A DNA stretch of 64,000 nucleotides from a virus. The first letter of the stretch is position 1. Every line of letters starts with the position of its first letter. Location of the stretch: positions 32,001 to 96,000 of IMG/VR virus record IMGVR_UViG_3300037313_000197; one strand, written 5' to 3'. The translations under genes were made by a program, and so were the position numbers. The notes below the pieces were generated by a model, which was not told the origin of the DNA, ran no database searches, and saw only the letters and a program-made list of their open reading frames with translations. Positions 9,620 to 19,066 of this stretch are shown piece by piece.

Positions 9620-10280
9620 ATTTGTAACTAAGCCTAGCGCCACACTTGTTCAAACAAATGCAAGTGACGAAATGGTTGCTATGGCAGCATGGGTTTCTTT
9701 TGACAGGGACTCAGAAGAAAGACTGGAAGACAAGGACCGAATGAATGGCCTTATTAACTTCCTAATGCGTGAGAAGCATATGAGTCCATTTGAGCATGGC
9801 TCATTTACTTTTAAGATTGATTGTCCAATCTTTGTGGCTCGTGAATTCCACCGCCACCGCACTATGGCATATAACGAGGTATCCGGCAGATATACGGAAA
9901 TGAAGCCTCGTTTCTATAGTCCATCACTAGATAGGCCGATGGTGCAGAAGGGCAAGGCTGGACAGTATTACTTTGAGCCTGAGGCAGACCTAGCATGGAA
10001 GGCTCAAACGGCTATTGGAAATGCGACACTTACAGCATGGCGTGAATACCAAAATATGCTAAAGGCCGGTGTTGCCAAGGAAGTTGCCCGCATGGCTCTT
10101 CCCAATAACCTCATGACTCAGTTCTATGCTACGGTAAATCCTCGTAATCTAATGCACTTCCTTGGGTTGCGTACCTCTGAGCAGGCCTTGTATGAGATTA
10201 GACTTGTTGCAGAGTACATGGAGAAGCATCTTGAAGAGGCTATGCCATTGACCTATAATGCTTGGAAGGTAAACTCATGA
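9606..10280 (+). CDS. thyX: Flavin-dependent thymidylate synthase
   Basis: HMSPFEH and RHRTMAYNEVSGR (RHRx7SxR) motifs. Confidence 0.96.
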   Translation: MTEIEFVTKPSATLVQTNASDEMVAMAAWVSFDRDSEERLEDKDRMNGLINFLMREKHMSPFEHGSFTFKIDCPIFVAREFHRHRTMAYNEVSGRYTEMKPRFYSPSLDRPMVQKGKAGQYYFEPEADLAWKAQTAIGNATLTAWREYQNMLKAGVAKEVARMALPNNLMTQFYATVNPRNLMHFLGLRTSEQALYEIRLVAEYMEKHLEEAMPLTYNAWKVNS

Positions 10281-10486
10281 GTGTCAGAGTAACAATGGAT
10301 AAGCGTGCGGTTACCAATAATGTAACGTATTGGGAAGACACTGAGCACTTTACGTATTCCTTCCAGTTCGACAAGCAGACCGGTACCGGCCAGATTCTAA
10401 AGTTTGACAAAGAAGGTAGACGCTACCTAGTCGCTCTTTACCCGCCCCATCTGCTAGCAGAGATTGTAGCAATTGATGAGAATTGA
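10277..10486 (+). CDS. Hypothetical protein
   Basis: Translationally coupled ORF. Confidence 0.65.
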   Translation: MSVRVTMDKRAVTNNVTYWEDTEHFTYSFQFDKQTGTGQILKFDKEGRRYLVALYPPHLLAEIVAIDEN

Positions 10487-10751
10487 AGAAGGCGAACTGA
10501 ACTGGATTCAGAGAAACTTTAGGTATGCAGCAGTAAATGAACTAATGCCCAACCTAATTACCGCACATATCACTGATGTGTGGCGAAAGGAATCCTATGA
10601 GATTACTGCGTTTTTTGTTATTGACGGAGTATCCTACAGGGCCGATGCAGAAATAGCGTATGAAGGTATCGACAGCGCGGAGGGTCTGCAAAAGGCGATC
10701 CTAATTCTGCTCGGTACAATGATGAACGATTTTAAGGAGAATAAGAAGTGA
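10473..10751 (+). CDS. Hypothetical protein
   Basis: Coupled ORF. Confidence 0.65.
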   Translation: MMRIEEGELNWIQRNFRYAAVNELMPNLITAHITDVWRKESYEITAFFVIDGVSYRADAEIAYEGIDSAEGLQKAILILLGTMMNDFKENKK

Positions 10752-10948
10752 GTGAAGAAAAGGTTGAGCCTCTAGACAGGCTTGTAGGCTCGGTACAGAG
10801 CGTTCTACAGCAGATCGTTGAGGATATTACCGAGGAAGATGCCAAGACGCGTGCAGAGCAGGCAGTTGCGGCAGTTCTACAGAGTGGTTACAAGATCACA
10901 GAGCCAGAGGCTCAGTTGGAGTTTGGTTTTACACCTGACGAAGAGTGA
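10748..10948 (+). CDS. Hypothetical protein
   Basis: GTGA overlap, AGGAG RBS. Confidence 0.7.
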   Translation: MSEEKVEPLDRLVGSVQSVLQQIVEDITEEDAKTRAEQAVAAVLQSGYKITEPEAQLEFGFTPDEE

Positions 10949-11005
10949 TCGCGATAGGTGGTGGGTGTAGAAATATGCCCACCACCTTAGGCAATTGGAG
11001 GACAA

Positions 11006-11260
11006 ATGGTTTTACTAATTATCATACTCGCCTGTTTTGCCGGAGGATTACTCGCCTGTGCTTCATGGCTGGCTATCTCTGAGGGTGAATATATGGGTGC
11101 AATTGTCGTCTCTGTAATGGCCGGTATATTCATATGGATTACATTGTCTGTTGCAGAGGCATACCATGCAGACATTCCCGGCAAGTGTGACAAGGCTGGT
11201 GGAGTGTATGTAGACACTACTTGTATCAATAAGAACGCGGTAATTACAATTCGGCGCTAA
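11006..11260 (+). CDS. Membrane protein
   Basis: Two hydrophobic segments, GGAGG RBS; contains TTA codons. Confidence 0.7.
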   Translation: MVLLIIILACFAGGLLACASWLAISEGEYMGAIVVSVMAGIFIWITLSVAEAYHADIPGKCDKAGGVYVDTTCINKNAVITIRR

Positions 11261-11307
11261 CGCGCTATAACAGACAAGGGCCGCACCACCTACCGGCCCG
11301 GTATAGG

Positions 11308-11556
11308 ATGAATATGTCTCTAAGTAATGATATAAATAGACTGTCAATTGCATGGCGTAGTTTTAAGGCATCACTGCTTACCGGCGAAGAGTTTGTTGTA
11401 GAAAAGCGCTATGTTTGTGACATATGTAGTATGGAATCGTTTGGATTTCATAAAGGCTGCCCCGGTATTTATATGAGACAGGAGCGCCTAGTTAGTAAAT
11501 GGAGCGACACAGGAGTTTCATATATTGAAGACATATTTGCGAAATCTCGTGCTTGA
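11308..11556 (+). CDS. Hypothetical protein
   Basis: CDIC motif. Confidence 0.55.
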   Translation: MNMSLSNDINRLSIAWRSFKASLLTGEEFVVEKRYVCDICSMESFGFHKGCPGIYMRQERLVSKWSDTGVSYIEDIFAKSRA

Positions 11557-11642
11557 CCTGCTGGATATTGTCTATGCCTATCTGGGGAGAGGGTCTTGAC
11601 AACACCCCCGGCCCGGTATAGGGTGGAGGAGAAGGAGGCATC

Positions 11643-11843
11643 ATGAACAAAGACGACTACCCCCGTTCCTACGGATCAGACCACAACTATACCTGCCCGG
11701 TGTGCGGAGCAATTACCACCCAACGACAGAAACACACAGAATGGCATGAGTCCATTCAAATCATCATTGACAGCCTACAAGACACTCAGGCCGGTGTTAA
11801 CAAGATCAAACGTGCTGTTCAAGCACTAATGAATAGAGCGTAA
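11643..11843 (+). CDS. Hypothetical C2H2-like Zn-finger protein
   Basis: CPVC...HTEWH; TTGACA promoter and AGGAGG RBS upstream. Confidence 0.7.
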   Translation: MNKDDYPRSYGSDHNYTCPVCGAITTQRQKHTEWHESIQIIIDSLQDTQAGVNKIKRAVQALMNRA

Positions 11844-12082
11844 TGGAGATAATCATGGTAAATGATGGAAGTCTATTCTATGACAAGCAACTAAGCACAC
11901 AATACCCGCACTCTATCTTTCAAGTCTTTAGAGAGGCAAGGGCGGCCGGTGTTGAATATACACTCATCATTAGAAATCTACAGCCGGGTGTAGTAACACA
12001 TCGTTCAGATGTTACTTTGCCCTATGGTACCACCGAAGATGATGTTCGTACTGCTCTAATTAATAACATCAAGGCTCGATGA
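11843..12082 (+). CDS. Hypothetical protein
   Basis: TAATG coupling. Confidence 0.65.
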   Translation: MEIIMVNDGSLFYDKQLSTQYPHSIFQVFREARAAGVEYTLIIRNLQPGVVTHRSDVTLPYGTTEDDVRTALINNIKAR

Positions 12083-12444
12083 TGGGACACTATGCAAGCG
12101 AAATGGGCTATTCCTCACGCCGCGATGTGTCATGGCTAAAGTGGGGATTTAAGGGAATCAATTTTACTGACAACCTATGCTGCCCTCTGTGCTTTGCCTC
12201 AATCCCAGAGAGCGTTATCAACATGGGAGGCACGACAGATGACTACCGCCTTCCTTGGATGGAACATATCTTCTGGCATGAGGAAAGCAACAAGGACAGA
12301 AAGTTTGCCTTTTATTGGAACTTTCCTTTGAGCAAGAGTGTCACTGACAGACGAGAAGCATATATGCTTGGTGAAATGAAGCGAGCATATAAGCAGCATA
12401 AGACGCTACCGGCGCAGTTCTTGGAAGAGTGGAGACAAAAGTGA
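12079..12444 (+). CDS. Hypothetical protein
   Basis: Coupled ORF, CPLC motif. Confidence 0.65.
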   Translation: MMGHYASEMGYSSRRDVSWLKWGFKGINFTDNLCCPLCFASIPESVINMGGTTDDYRLPWMEHIFWHEESNKDRKFAFYWNFPLSKSVTDRREAYMLGEMKRAYKQHKTLPAQFLEEWRQK

Positions 12445-12620
12445 AATGTAAGCACTGTGGCGTTGAGTTAAAGAACCCCGAAAATACAAACGGTTGGCTG
12501 CACATTACCGGATTGGGTCGTTGTCAGAGTCCCGACGTAGAATATGGACATTTAGCAGAGCCAGAGGGTTCACCCTGTCGCGCTGATGGACCAAATCCGT
12601 GTTTAGGCGCGTTTCGCTGA
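12429..12620 (+). CDS. Hypothetical Cys-rich protein
   Basis: CKHC; last gene of the plus-strand operon. Confidence 0.55.
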   Translation: METKVKCKHCGVELKNPENTNGWLHITGLGRCQSPDVEYGHLAEPEGSPCRADGPNPCLGAFR

Positions 12621-12906
12621 TCTTAGTCGACCATAAAGTTCAGATTTCAAAATGTTAAAATTTATTTTTCTGTAATGATACAGCACTTCTGAGGGCCGTA
12701 GGCGCGTTAATAGTGCGCCCATAAGTCTGCGGTAGGATCGGTCCTAGAAGTCGCTTAGAATGGCGTCTAGGTACCTTAAACGGGACGCTAGCGGGAGGGT
12801 CACCCTCCCAACGTGCGAGACATACGCGAGACTAAACGCAAAGCGATAATGCATTTCATTTAGCTAATTGAATTCGTCTTTTGAATTGCAATTGCAAAAG
12901 GACAAA

Positions 12907-12943
12907 AGAAAAGGCTCGACCCTTTTGGGGTCGAGCCTTTTCT
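12907..12943. terminator. Bidirectional terminator at the convergence point
   Basis: AGAAAAGGCTCGACCC...GGGTCGAGCCTTTTCT with A/T tracts on both sides. Confidence 0.9.
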
Positions 12944-12952
12944 ATGTTGGAT

Positions 12953-13549
12953 TTAGAATCCAACCTGTGCGATTCGAATTGCGCGACGCTTTGCAATTCG
13001 GGCCGACTCGTGATTGATTGCGCCCTTCTTCACACCCTTGGGGAATGAAAGGAGAATCTTTGCAATCTGGTTAGGGTGGAGTGAGTCGATACCGACACAA
13101 ACGGGCTCGCCGTTGGCCTCGGTTGCGCGGTCCCTGTCGTTCGTGCAAAGCGTGCACGCGGCCACCATGTTACCGGGCACGTATGCGGACTCGTGAGCGG
13201 AGTACCCGCTAACCTCTACGTCCGCCCACAGTTGCGACGGAACGAGCAGAAAAGCGTTCGGGACCGTTCCGTTAGCCTCGGGCGTGGCCTCGTCACCGAT
13301 TGCCCAAAAGGTCTCGGTGCAAAAGAAACAACGTCCGTTCTGCGCTTCGATCATCGCGTCTAGGATGACGCCCATGCGCCGACCACCGAAAGCGTCACGC
13401 GTGCAGGCTGCCACTGCGAATTCGTTAGCGTCATCCGTGATGATTGCCTGAACCTGAGCCGGGGTCGCACCCTGAGCCTGCGCAATGTCAATCTTTGCGA
13501 GCAGGTCGGCGCGAGCGATTCCAGCCTCGGTGCGAGCGATGCGAGCCAT
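12953..13549 (-). CDS. HNH-like Zn-binding protein (divergent)
   Basis: QNGRCFFC ... GNMVAACTLCT; the canonical catalytic His/Asn are not obvious. Confidence 0.65.
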   Translation of the reverse strand: MARIARTEAGIARADLLAKIDIAQAQGATPAQVQAIITDDANEFAVAACTRDAFGGRRMGVILDAMIEAQNGRCFFCTETFWAIGDEATPEANGTVPNAFLLVPSQLWADVEVSGYSAHESAYVPGNMVAACTLCTNDRDRATEANGEPVCVGIDSLHPNQIAKILLSFPKGVKKGAINHESARIAKRRAIRIAQVGF

Positions 13550-13667
13550 GGTAGTTACCTTCCGTGTCGGTTCGGCCGTTCCGAACCTTGCAAGACATAC
13601 ATTACCCGTACGGGTAACTCTCGCAAGCCAAAACGGGCCAAAAACTCAAAAAAGTTTCCTGTGAAAT

Positions 13668-13710
13668 CTGTCCACAGGTTATCCCCATTGTGGATAACTT
13701 CTGTGGAAAA
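13668..13710. promoter_or_regulatory. Cluster of four DnaA-box-like 9-mers
   Basis: CTGTCCACA 13668, TTATCCCCA 13679, TGTGGATAA 13689 (perfect rc of TTATCCACA), TGTGGAAAA 13702. Confidence 0.7.
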
Positions 13711-13813
13711 CTCGTTGAGTTTTCAACTACCCTCAGGGTAATCGGGTAGTGCAACTTTCAACTACTACCGAAGGTAGTAGTGAATTGCCCTCAGGGTATA
13801 CCCCCATGCGCAA

Positions 13814-13843
13814 TTACGATGGGCCTTCCACATCACCGATTTT
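13814..13843. repeat. Bipartite motif TTACG(A/T)(A/T)GG-N9-ATCACCGA(A/T)TTT, copy 1 of 4
   Basis: Other copies at 18021-18050, 24907-24936 and 24944-24973, all with a 9-nt spacer. Confidence 0.85.
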
Positions 13844-13920
13844 TTACCCTGAGGGTTTAGGTAAAAAGCCTTTTACGATGGAAAGCAAAAAGACCCGAAT
13901 TTCTTCGGGCCTTTCGCTTT

Positions 13921-14205
13921 TCAGTGATGACGAGAGCAACAACCAAAGTTGTTTGCGAGTGCGAATTCTCCGCACCTACCCGAGACTGGACCATCTTCCG
14001 TTTCGATCCGAACCAATTCGGAACACAGAACCGGGAAAGCCTTTCGGTCAATCACAGCCCATCCGACGTGAGTGTTTGCGGGACGGAACTCTCCACCAGC
14101 CTCCACAAACAGGCTCAGGTGCTCCGAGAGCAATCCTGCTCGCCAGTTCTGGCCGTACATTCCGATGAACTCCTGCGGGTTCGTTTCCGTGGAAAGCATC
14201 TTCAT
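13921..14205 (-). CDS. Cassette gene, hypothetical
   Basis: AGGAAAG RBS; C-terminal Cys/His residues. Confidence 0.7.
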   Translation of the reverse strand: MKMLSTETNPQEFIGMYGQNWRAGLLSEHLSLFVEAGGEFRPANTHVGWAVIDRKAFPVLCSELVRIETEDGPVSGRCGEFALANNFGCCSRHH

Positions 14206-14317
14206 GGTTTCTTTCCTTCTCTGTTCTGTTTGGCTTGCTACGCTAAGCCTATTTCTACCGGCCTCCTTTGTCAATCCTTTGGATACCCTCAGGGTTATCC
14301 ATGAAAGCCCGAAGGCT

Positions 14318-14521
14318 TCACCCCTTTCCGAAGTGGCGGGTACCGTTCATGAAAACCCATGGACGCTTGTCCCACGTGTTGTTGCACGTGTAGCCGAGGA
14401 CGATGTGACCATCTCGGATCATGACCCGAGCGACCTCGTTGAGACGCTTGGCACGGTGAATGCCAATGTCGTGACGCTGGCCGCTCTTCTTGAGCCTGAT
14501 GTGTAGCGTGTAGTTGTCCAT
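14318..14521 (-). CDS. Cassette gene, paralog of 17663-17914
   Basis: NYTLH.R...GY..N...GTRHFGK. Confidence 0.75.
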   Translation of the reverse strand: MDNYTLHIRLKKSGQRHDIGIHRAKRLNEVARVMIRDGHIVLGYTCNNTWDKRPWVFMNGTRHFGKG

Positions 14522-14800
14522 AACTGAACTCTATCAAATCCTCTTGTTTTGTCAATTCAGGATTTCCCTCAGGGTAATGAGCCTGACCCCGAAGGGCCAA
14601 ACTTATCAGGCACCATGCACCTGCCCATCGTCTCCGACGTAGAGGTAAAACTCTCCGTAGGGCTTTGCAAGGTTCGTGAGGTCTTCCCCAACCTGACCCT
14701 GACAAAAAGAACACTACTTGTTTTCGCTCATGTTGTCAACGATAAAATCCCCTCAGGGTAATCGATACCCTCAGGGGAATTCGCCGGTAGGCCCGAAGGC

Positions 14801-15016
14801 CTATCTAATGATTACCTGTGTAGGAGACACTATCTCAACGCTCCTGTAGTCAACGTGATGTTGCTTCAACCACTTGACCAACAATGGATCAAGCGCCTGA
14901 GAGGTCACCACTCGGCTGCTCTTTGCAGATTGCCTGCGCCTTCTGGGCTTCTTGAAATCACCCTTTGCTGCTCTCTGCACTGTCTTTTCATGGATGGAGA
15001 CTACCTTTCTCACCAT
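14801..15016 (-). CDS. Cassette gene, basic hypothetical
   Basis: Own TTGACA promoter and downstream hairpin. Confidence 0.7.
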   Translation of the reverse strand: MVRKVVSIHEKTVQRAAKGDFKKPRRRRQSAKSSRVVTSQALDPLLVKWLKQHHVDYRSVEIVSPTQVIIR

Positions 15017-15173
15017 GGCTCATGATTACATGCCTACCGGCCCGTGTCAAGATAAATTACCCTCAGGGCAATTCCGGCTGACCCCGTAGGGCCTTACTTG
15101 TTGGATCGGTGATTCTTGATCTGCTCATATGTCCAATACAGGAGCACGAGCACGATTCCCCAGAAAATACCGG

Positions 15174-15341
15174 TCACTCGCCACCGCCCGGTAGTTGATC
15201 AAAGGACCGGTAGCCGACGTGAGCATACAGCACGTCAAGCAAGGTCTGCTTGGAGTAGCCATTGATGCTCGTGACGATTTGGAGCGTTTGCTCGGAGACA
15301 CCCAGCCGAAGGAGTTTGTCCCACATCTCGTTTTCGTTCAT
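15174..15341 (-). CDS. Cassette gene, hypothetical (55 aa)
   Basis: MNENEMWDKLLRLG..., read manually; probably leaderless. Confidence 0.6.
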   Translation of the reverse strand: MNENEMWDKLLRLGVSEQTLQIVTSINGYSKQTLLDVLYAHVGYRSFDQLPGGGE

Positions 15342-15438
15342 GAGTAAAGACTATGGTATTTCAGCCAATGCGTCAAGGCATTAATTACCCTCAGGGGAAT
15401 GGGCCGGTAAGCGAAAAGACTACCCGAAGGTAGTCTAA

Positions 15439-15633
15439 TCACTGTGCGTCATCGATTGTAAGAGTAGCCTTGGGACGCTCATCCTTGACATTGTGCCAAT
15501 TGAGAGCGAGCACCAGTGCATACCCTGCCAGAATCACAAAGGCAAAGGCAACAGCGAGTGTGAGCCATGCAAGCGCAATGTTGCTCACAGAACCACCAGC
15601 CATGGTGAGGATGAGTTCTGAAATCTTGTTCAT
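15439..15633 (-). CDS. Cassette gene, membrane protein
   Basis: Long hydrophobic segment. Confidence 0.7.
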   Translation of the reverse strand: MNKISELILTMAGGSVSNIALAWLTLAVAFAFVILAGYALVLALNWHNVKDERPKATLTIDDAQ

Positions 15634-15787
15634 GTATCCATGGTGACTGATAACTAATGTGTTGTCAAGCATTTGATACCCTCAGGGTAATAGGTACGTG
15701 CGAGAAAGCAAAACCCTCAGGGTAACAATCACATATGGGTAATCCCTCGCCACCTTTTACGATGGGAGGGATTAGACCCAGAATTCC

Positions 15788-16027
15788 TCAGACTCTCTTG
15801 TAAGCCATTTGGATGAAACGTGGTTCGGAACCACCCTCGGGCCATGAATAGACGTTGTACTGCCCTGCTGGGAAGTTTTCGTGCGCCAGCCCGAACCGGA
15901 TGACGTTTTGGACATTGGCGTAGTAGTGGAAACACTGACAGTCCGCTCCTGTGCCCAAACGCTCTCTGCCCGTTCGTGGGTCGATATAGGCTGTCAGGTA
16001 CCGACGCTTAATCGTTTTCTTTGTCAT
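15788..16027 (-). CDS. Cassette gene, hypothetical
   Basis: Own promoter, AAGGA RBS. Confidence 0.7.
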   Translation of the reverse strand: MTKKTIKRRYLTAYIDPRTGRERLGTGADCQCFHYYANVQNVIRFGLAHENFPAGQYNVYSWPEGGSEPRFIQMAYKRV

Positions 16028-16115
16028 GTCCTTAGTCTAGTTGTTTTGGCCGGTATGTCAATAGGATAATTTCCCTCAGGGTAAAACAAAAGACCCCGAA
16101 GGGCCTTCCGAATGT

Positions 16116-16364
16116 TCACTTTCTGTCCTTAGGCTCAAACTTGAAGTGACCCCAATCGTTGTAGTTGTCATCGTTCGTCACGGTGATGTTCACCGTGTAG
16201 ACCTCAAACGGGTCCACCACGTCACGCGCGATACCGGCCGCGTGTCCCGCAGTCACGATGCCTTGAATGTGCGAGTCGAGAATGAACGTAGGAGCATTCC
16301 GCGAACGCTGCCACCCATCCTCGTCCGGCATGTGAACGCTTGCCACAACCTTGTACGTAGCCAC
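16116..16364 (-). CDS. Cassette gene, hypothetical
   Basis: GTG start after GAAGGA; host-like codon usage. Confidence 0.7.
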   Translation of the reverse strand: MATYKVVASVHMPDEDGWQRSRNAPTFILDSHIQGIVTAGHAAGIARDVVDPFEVYTVNITVTNDDNYNDWGHFKFEPKDRK

Positions 16365-16604
16365 TTGTCCTTCACCCTTCGTCAGTGAGTTTCTTATTTG
16401 TATCTTTGCATCTACCGGCCATGTTGTCAAGCATAAAATACCCTCAGGGTTATACATAAACAACAGTAAGGACACCATTCGCAGGTGCCCTTACCTCTGT
16501 GCTATCTGTTCCATCTATGAACTTGACTAAAATCTACTCTTCTACCGGCCAAATGTCAAGCGACTAATAACCCTCAGGGAATAAACATAAAACCCCGAAG
16601 GGCT

Positions 16605-16805
16605 TTAGTCGTTGCTGTGCCATGGACAGGGCTCGGTAGGCTCTAGGACATTGTTACCGTCAAGATCAAAGGCAATCTCAGCGTGCTTCCATGCACGCCC
16701 GCCCTCCTGCACGTAGTCACCGCACTCCATGAAGCGGTCACCGACCTTGACGTAGCACTCTCCTGTGTCTTCGTTTGTGAAGTGCCTAACCGGACGCTGT
16801 GCCAT
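16605..16805 (-). CDS. Cassette gene, hypothetical
   Basis: AGGAGG RBS. Confidence 0.75.
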   Translation of the reverse strand: MAQRPVRHFTNEDTGECYVKVGDRFMECGDYVQEGGRAWKHAEIAFDLDGNNVLEPTEPCPWHSND

Positions 16806-16909
16806 GATTTCCTCCTGAGAACGAGTGATGGTTAAATCTAACTTCATACCGGCAAAATTGTCAACTCATAAAATACCCTCAGGGTAATTGCGTGACCCCG
16901 TAGGGCCAT

Positions 16910-17194
16910 TCAGTCCACCTTCCTCATCAGGCCAACGTAGCCTAGGCCCAGATTCCACGTGAGTACGTAGTCGCCTTCCTCCACCACCTCATCATTGACA
17001 CCCGCGCCAATGTCCTCACGTGCGTAGTGGTCGGACTCATCACCGTAGTCCCACTGAGACAGATACTCGATTGTCTCGGTGATGCTCTCAGCGGTGGCAC
17101 CGTGCGCGAGGATGCCCTCAACGTTGCAGAGTCGGTCTACTACCTCACGGCCTTCCTCATCCTGCATGAAGACAATGTTTGCGTAACGGGACAT
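16910..17194 (-). CDS. Cassette gene, acidic hypothetical
   Basis: AAGGA RBS, own promoter. Confidence 0.75.
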   Translation of the reverse strand: MSRYANIVFMQDEEGREVVDRLCNVEGILAHGATAESITETIEYLSQWDYGDESDHYAREDIGAGVNDEVVEEGDYVLTWNLGLGYVGLMRKVD

Positions 17195-17306
17195 TTTCCG
17201 TTCCTTTCTCGGTGGCTGATAAGGCAAATCTATAGGACAACAGTAAGGCGTGTCAACTCATTGTTACCCTCAGGGTATTTGGCTCGACCCCGAGGGGCCT
17301 AGCGGT

Positions 17307-17558
17307 TCACTCCTTGTTCACCAGCCAGATACCTTCTGCCATGTGCAACAGTGCCTCACGTGCCTCACGCTTGGTCGTCCCGAGGTTCCGACCCTTCTTG
17401 AAACCAGACTTGGAGGAAATGAACCACTGATAGCCGTATGAACTGTTACCGGCGTGTAGGGTCCAGTCCTCAGAGCCCTTGATACCGGCGCTCTCTGCTG
17501 CCTTCTTCAAGTAGGCGAAAGCGGCTGCAACATCACGCTTGCTGATACGCTCGGACAT
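17307..17558 (-). CDS. Cassette gene, paralog of 18633-18935
   Basis: MSERI...GNS..GY...NLG..KREA...LHMA.GI. Confidence 0.8.
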   Translation of the reverse strand: MSERISKRDVAAAFAYLKKAAESAGIKGSEDWTLHAGNSSYGYQWFISSKSGFKKGRNLGTTKREAREALLHMAEGIWLVNKE

Positions 17559-17662
17559 TTCTTCATCTCCTTGGTCTCTGCTGTTGATGAAAGCATATCA
17601 GTTAACAAGAGCGAGTCAAGCGAGTGATTTCCCTCAGGGTAATGTCACAAACCCCGAAGGGC

Positions 17663-17914
17663 CTACTTCTCCTTGCCGAAGTGCCTAGTACCGACGCGGG
17701 GGAAGTGAGAGGCTGGGGTTACGTTCCCGCTCACTGGCGCTATCGTCTCGTTGATGCTGTACCCGGTGACGATGCGACCCTGCCTGATGTGATGCTGAGA
17801 CGCGGTGTTGAGGTCACGGACACGGTCCACTTGCTCATGGATCACCGTGCCATCCTTGTCGCGGACGTGCAGCGTGTAGTTGAGGTTTGGGTAAAGGAGG
17901 CTGTTGTTCGTCAT
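17663..17914 (-). CDS. Cassette gene, paralog of 14318-14521
   Basis: Shared motifs as above. Confidence 0.75.
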   Translation of the reverse strand: MTNNSLLYPNLNYTLHVRDKDGTVIHEQVDRVRDLNTASQHHIRQGRIVTGYSINETIAPVSGNVTPASHFPRVGTRHFGKEK

Positions 17915-18090
17915 GGCAAAGAGCCTATCGGTTCCTTGCTTGGTGTCAAATCATGATTACCCTCAGGGTTTTGGATACCCTCAGGGTAACTTTCCATAAC
18001 GGGGATTTCCCTGAGGGCTTTTACGAAGGACATACGCCATCACCGAATTTCCCTGAGGGTTTACGAGTTGACCCCGAAGGGCCGGTAAGT

Positions 18091-18489
18091 TTACCGATTC
18101 TGTCGAGCCGAGCACAGAGCACAACGAGTGGTCTTCGCCTCCCAATCGTAAATCCACCTGTGCTGAGGGTGCGTGTCTTCTGGGATGACGCCCTCTCGGA
18201 ACCGGCCACACGTGAGCCTATGGAATTCCTTGGCGTCTTCGTAGTAGGACATGGACGCATTCGGGTCGAGTTTGAACAGGAGACCGATCAAGGCTCCCCA
18301 CTCGTCCCACGTAGCAGCCTTCCACTCACCCGACTGAGCCATGCGCGTAGAGGAACCGCTGAGTTGCAGTTCAAAGGCGTGGTCACGCTTCCGTGAGCCG
18401 TGCTCGGTCAGAATCTCCGGGTAGAGGTCGAGCCCTCGTGCAGCCTCCCACACGTCAGCGTACCTCAGGGTGTCGGTATGAATCCTCAT
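18091..18489 (-). CDS. Cassette gene, hypothetical
   Basis: C-terminal HPQH...CALC; AAGGA RBS. Confidence 0.75.
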   Translation of the reverse strand: MRIHTDTLRYADVWEAARGLDLYPEILTEHGSRKRDHAFELQLSGSSTRMAQSGEWKAATWDEWGALIGLLFKLDPNASMSYYEDAKEFHRLTCGRFREGVIPEDTHPQHRWIYDWEAKTTRCALCSARQNR

Positions 18490-18632
18490 TGGGGTTTCCT
18501 TCCCTTGGTTGGTAGTGCTAACACTATCAGGTTTAATAAGTTCGATCAACACCGGCCTACCCTCAGGGTAATATTCCTAGGTATGAAAGAAACCCGTTAC
18601 TCTGTGGTGAGTAACGGGTTTCTCTCGTCGTG

Positions 18633-18935
18633 CTACTTGCCTGTCGTGATCTGTCGACGGCTCCGACGCACCGGCTCCGGTGCCGGGTGAAGAGCCATGT
18701 CGATGCCCTTCGCCATGTGGAGCATGGCAGCCGTGGCCTCTCGCTTGGACCGGCCGAGGTTCTCGGTCAGGTAGCGGGTACCCTTGCGGTCGGTGATGCG
18801 GCACGTGTACCCCTCGGTGCTGTTGCCGAAGTAGAGGTTCCAGTTCTCTGCGTCCCTGACCCCCGCCTCGTCCGCAGCCTCCTTCAGCGTCTCGAAAGCC
18901 GACTTGACATCTTCGTTTGTGATGCGCTCGGACAT
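18633..18935 (-). CDS. Cassette gene, paralog of 17307-17558
   Basis: AAAGGAG RBS. Confidence 0.8.
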   Translation of the reverse strand: MSERITNEDVKSAFETLKEAADEAGVRDAENWNLYFGNSTEGYTCRITDRKGTRYLTENLGRSKREATAAMLHMAKGIDMALHPAPEPVRRSRRQITTGK

Positions 18936-19066
18936 GTATTCTCCTTTGCTCGTCTCCCCCGGTTCGGGTCTTGCTGTTCTTGGTGACATTCCAAGAGTCC
19001 CATATATCGGCGGTATGTCAAGCGGAACACAACCCTCAGGGTAATGACTTCCCCCGGAGGGGAGGC

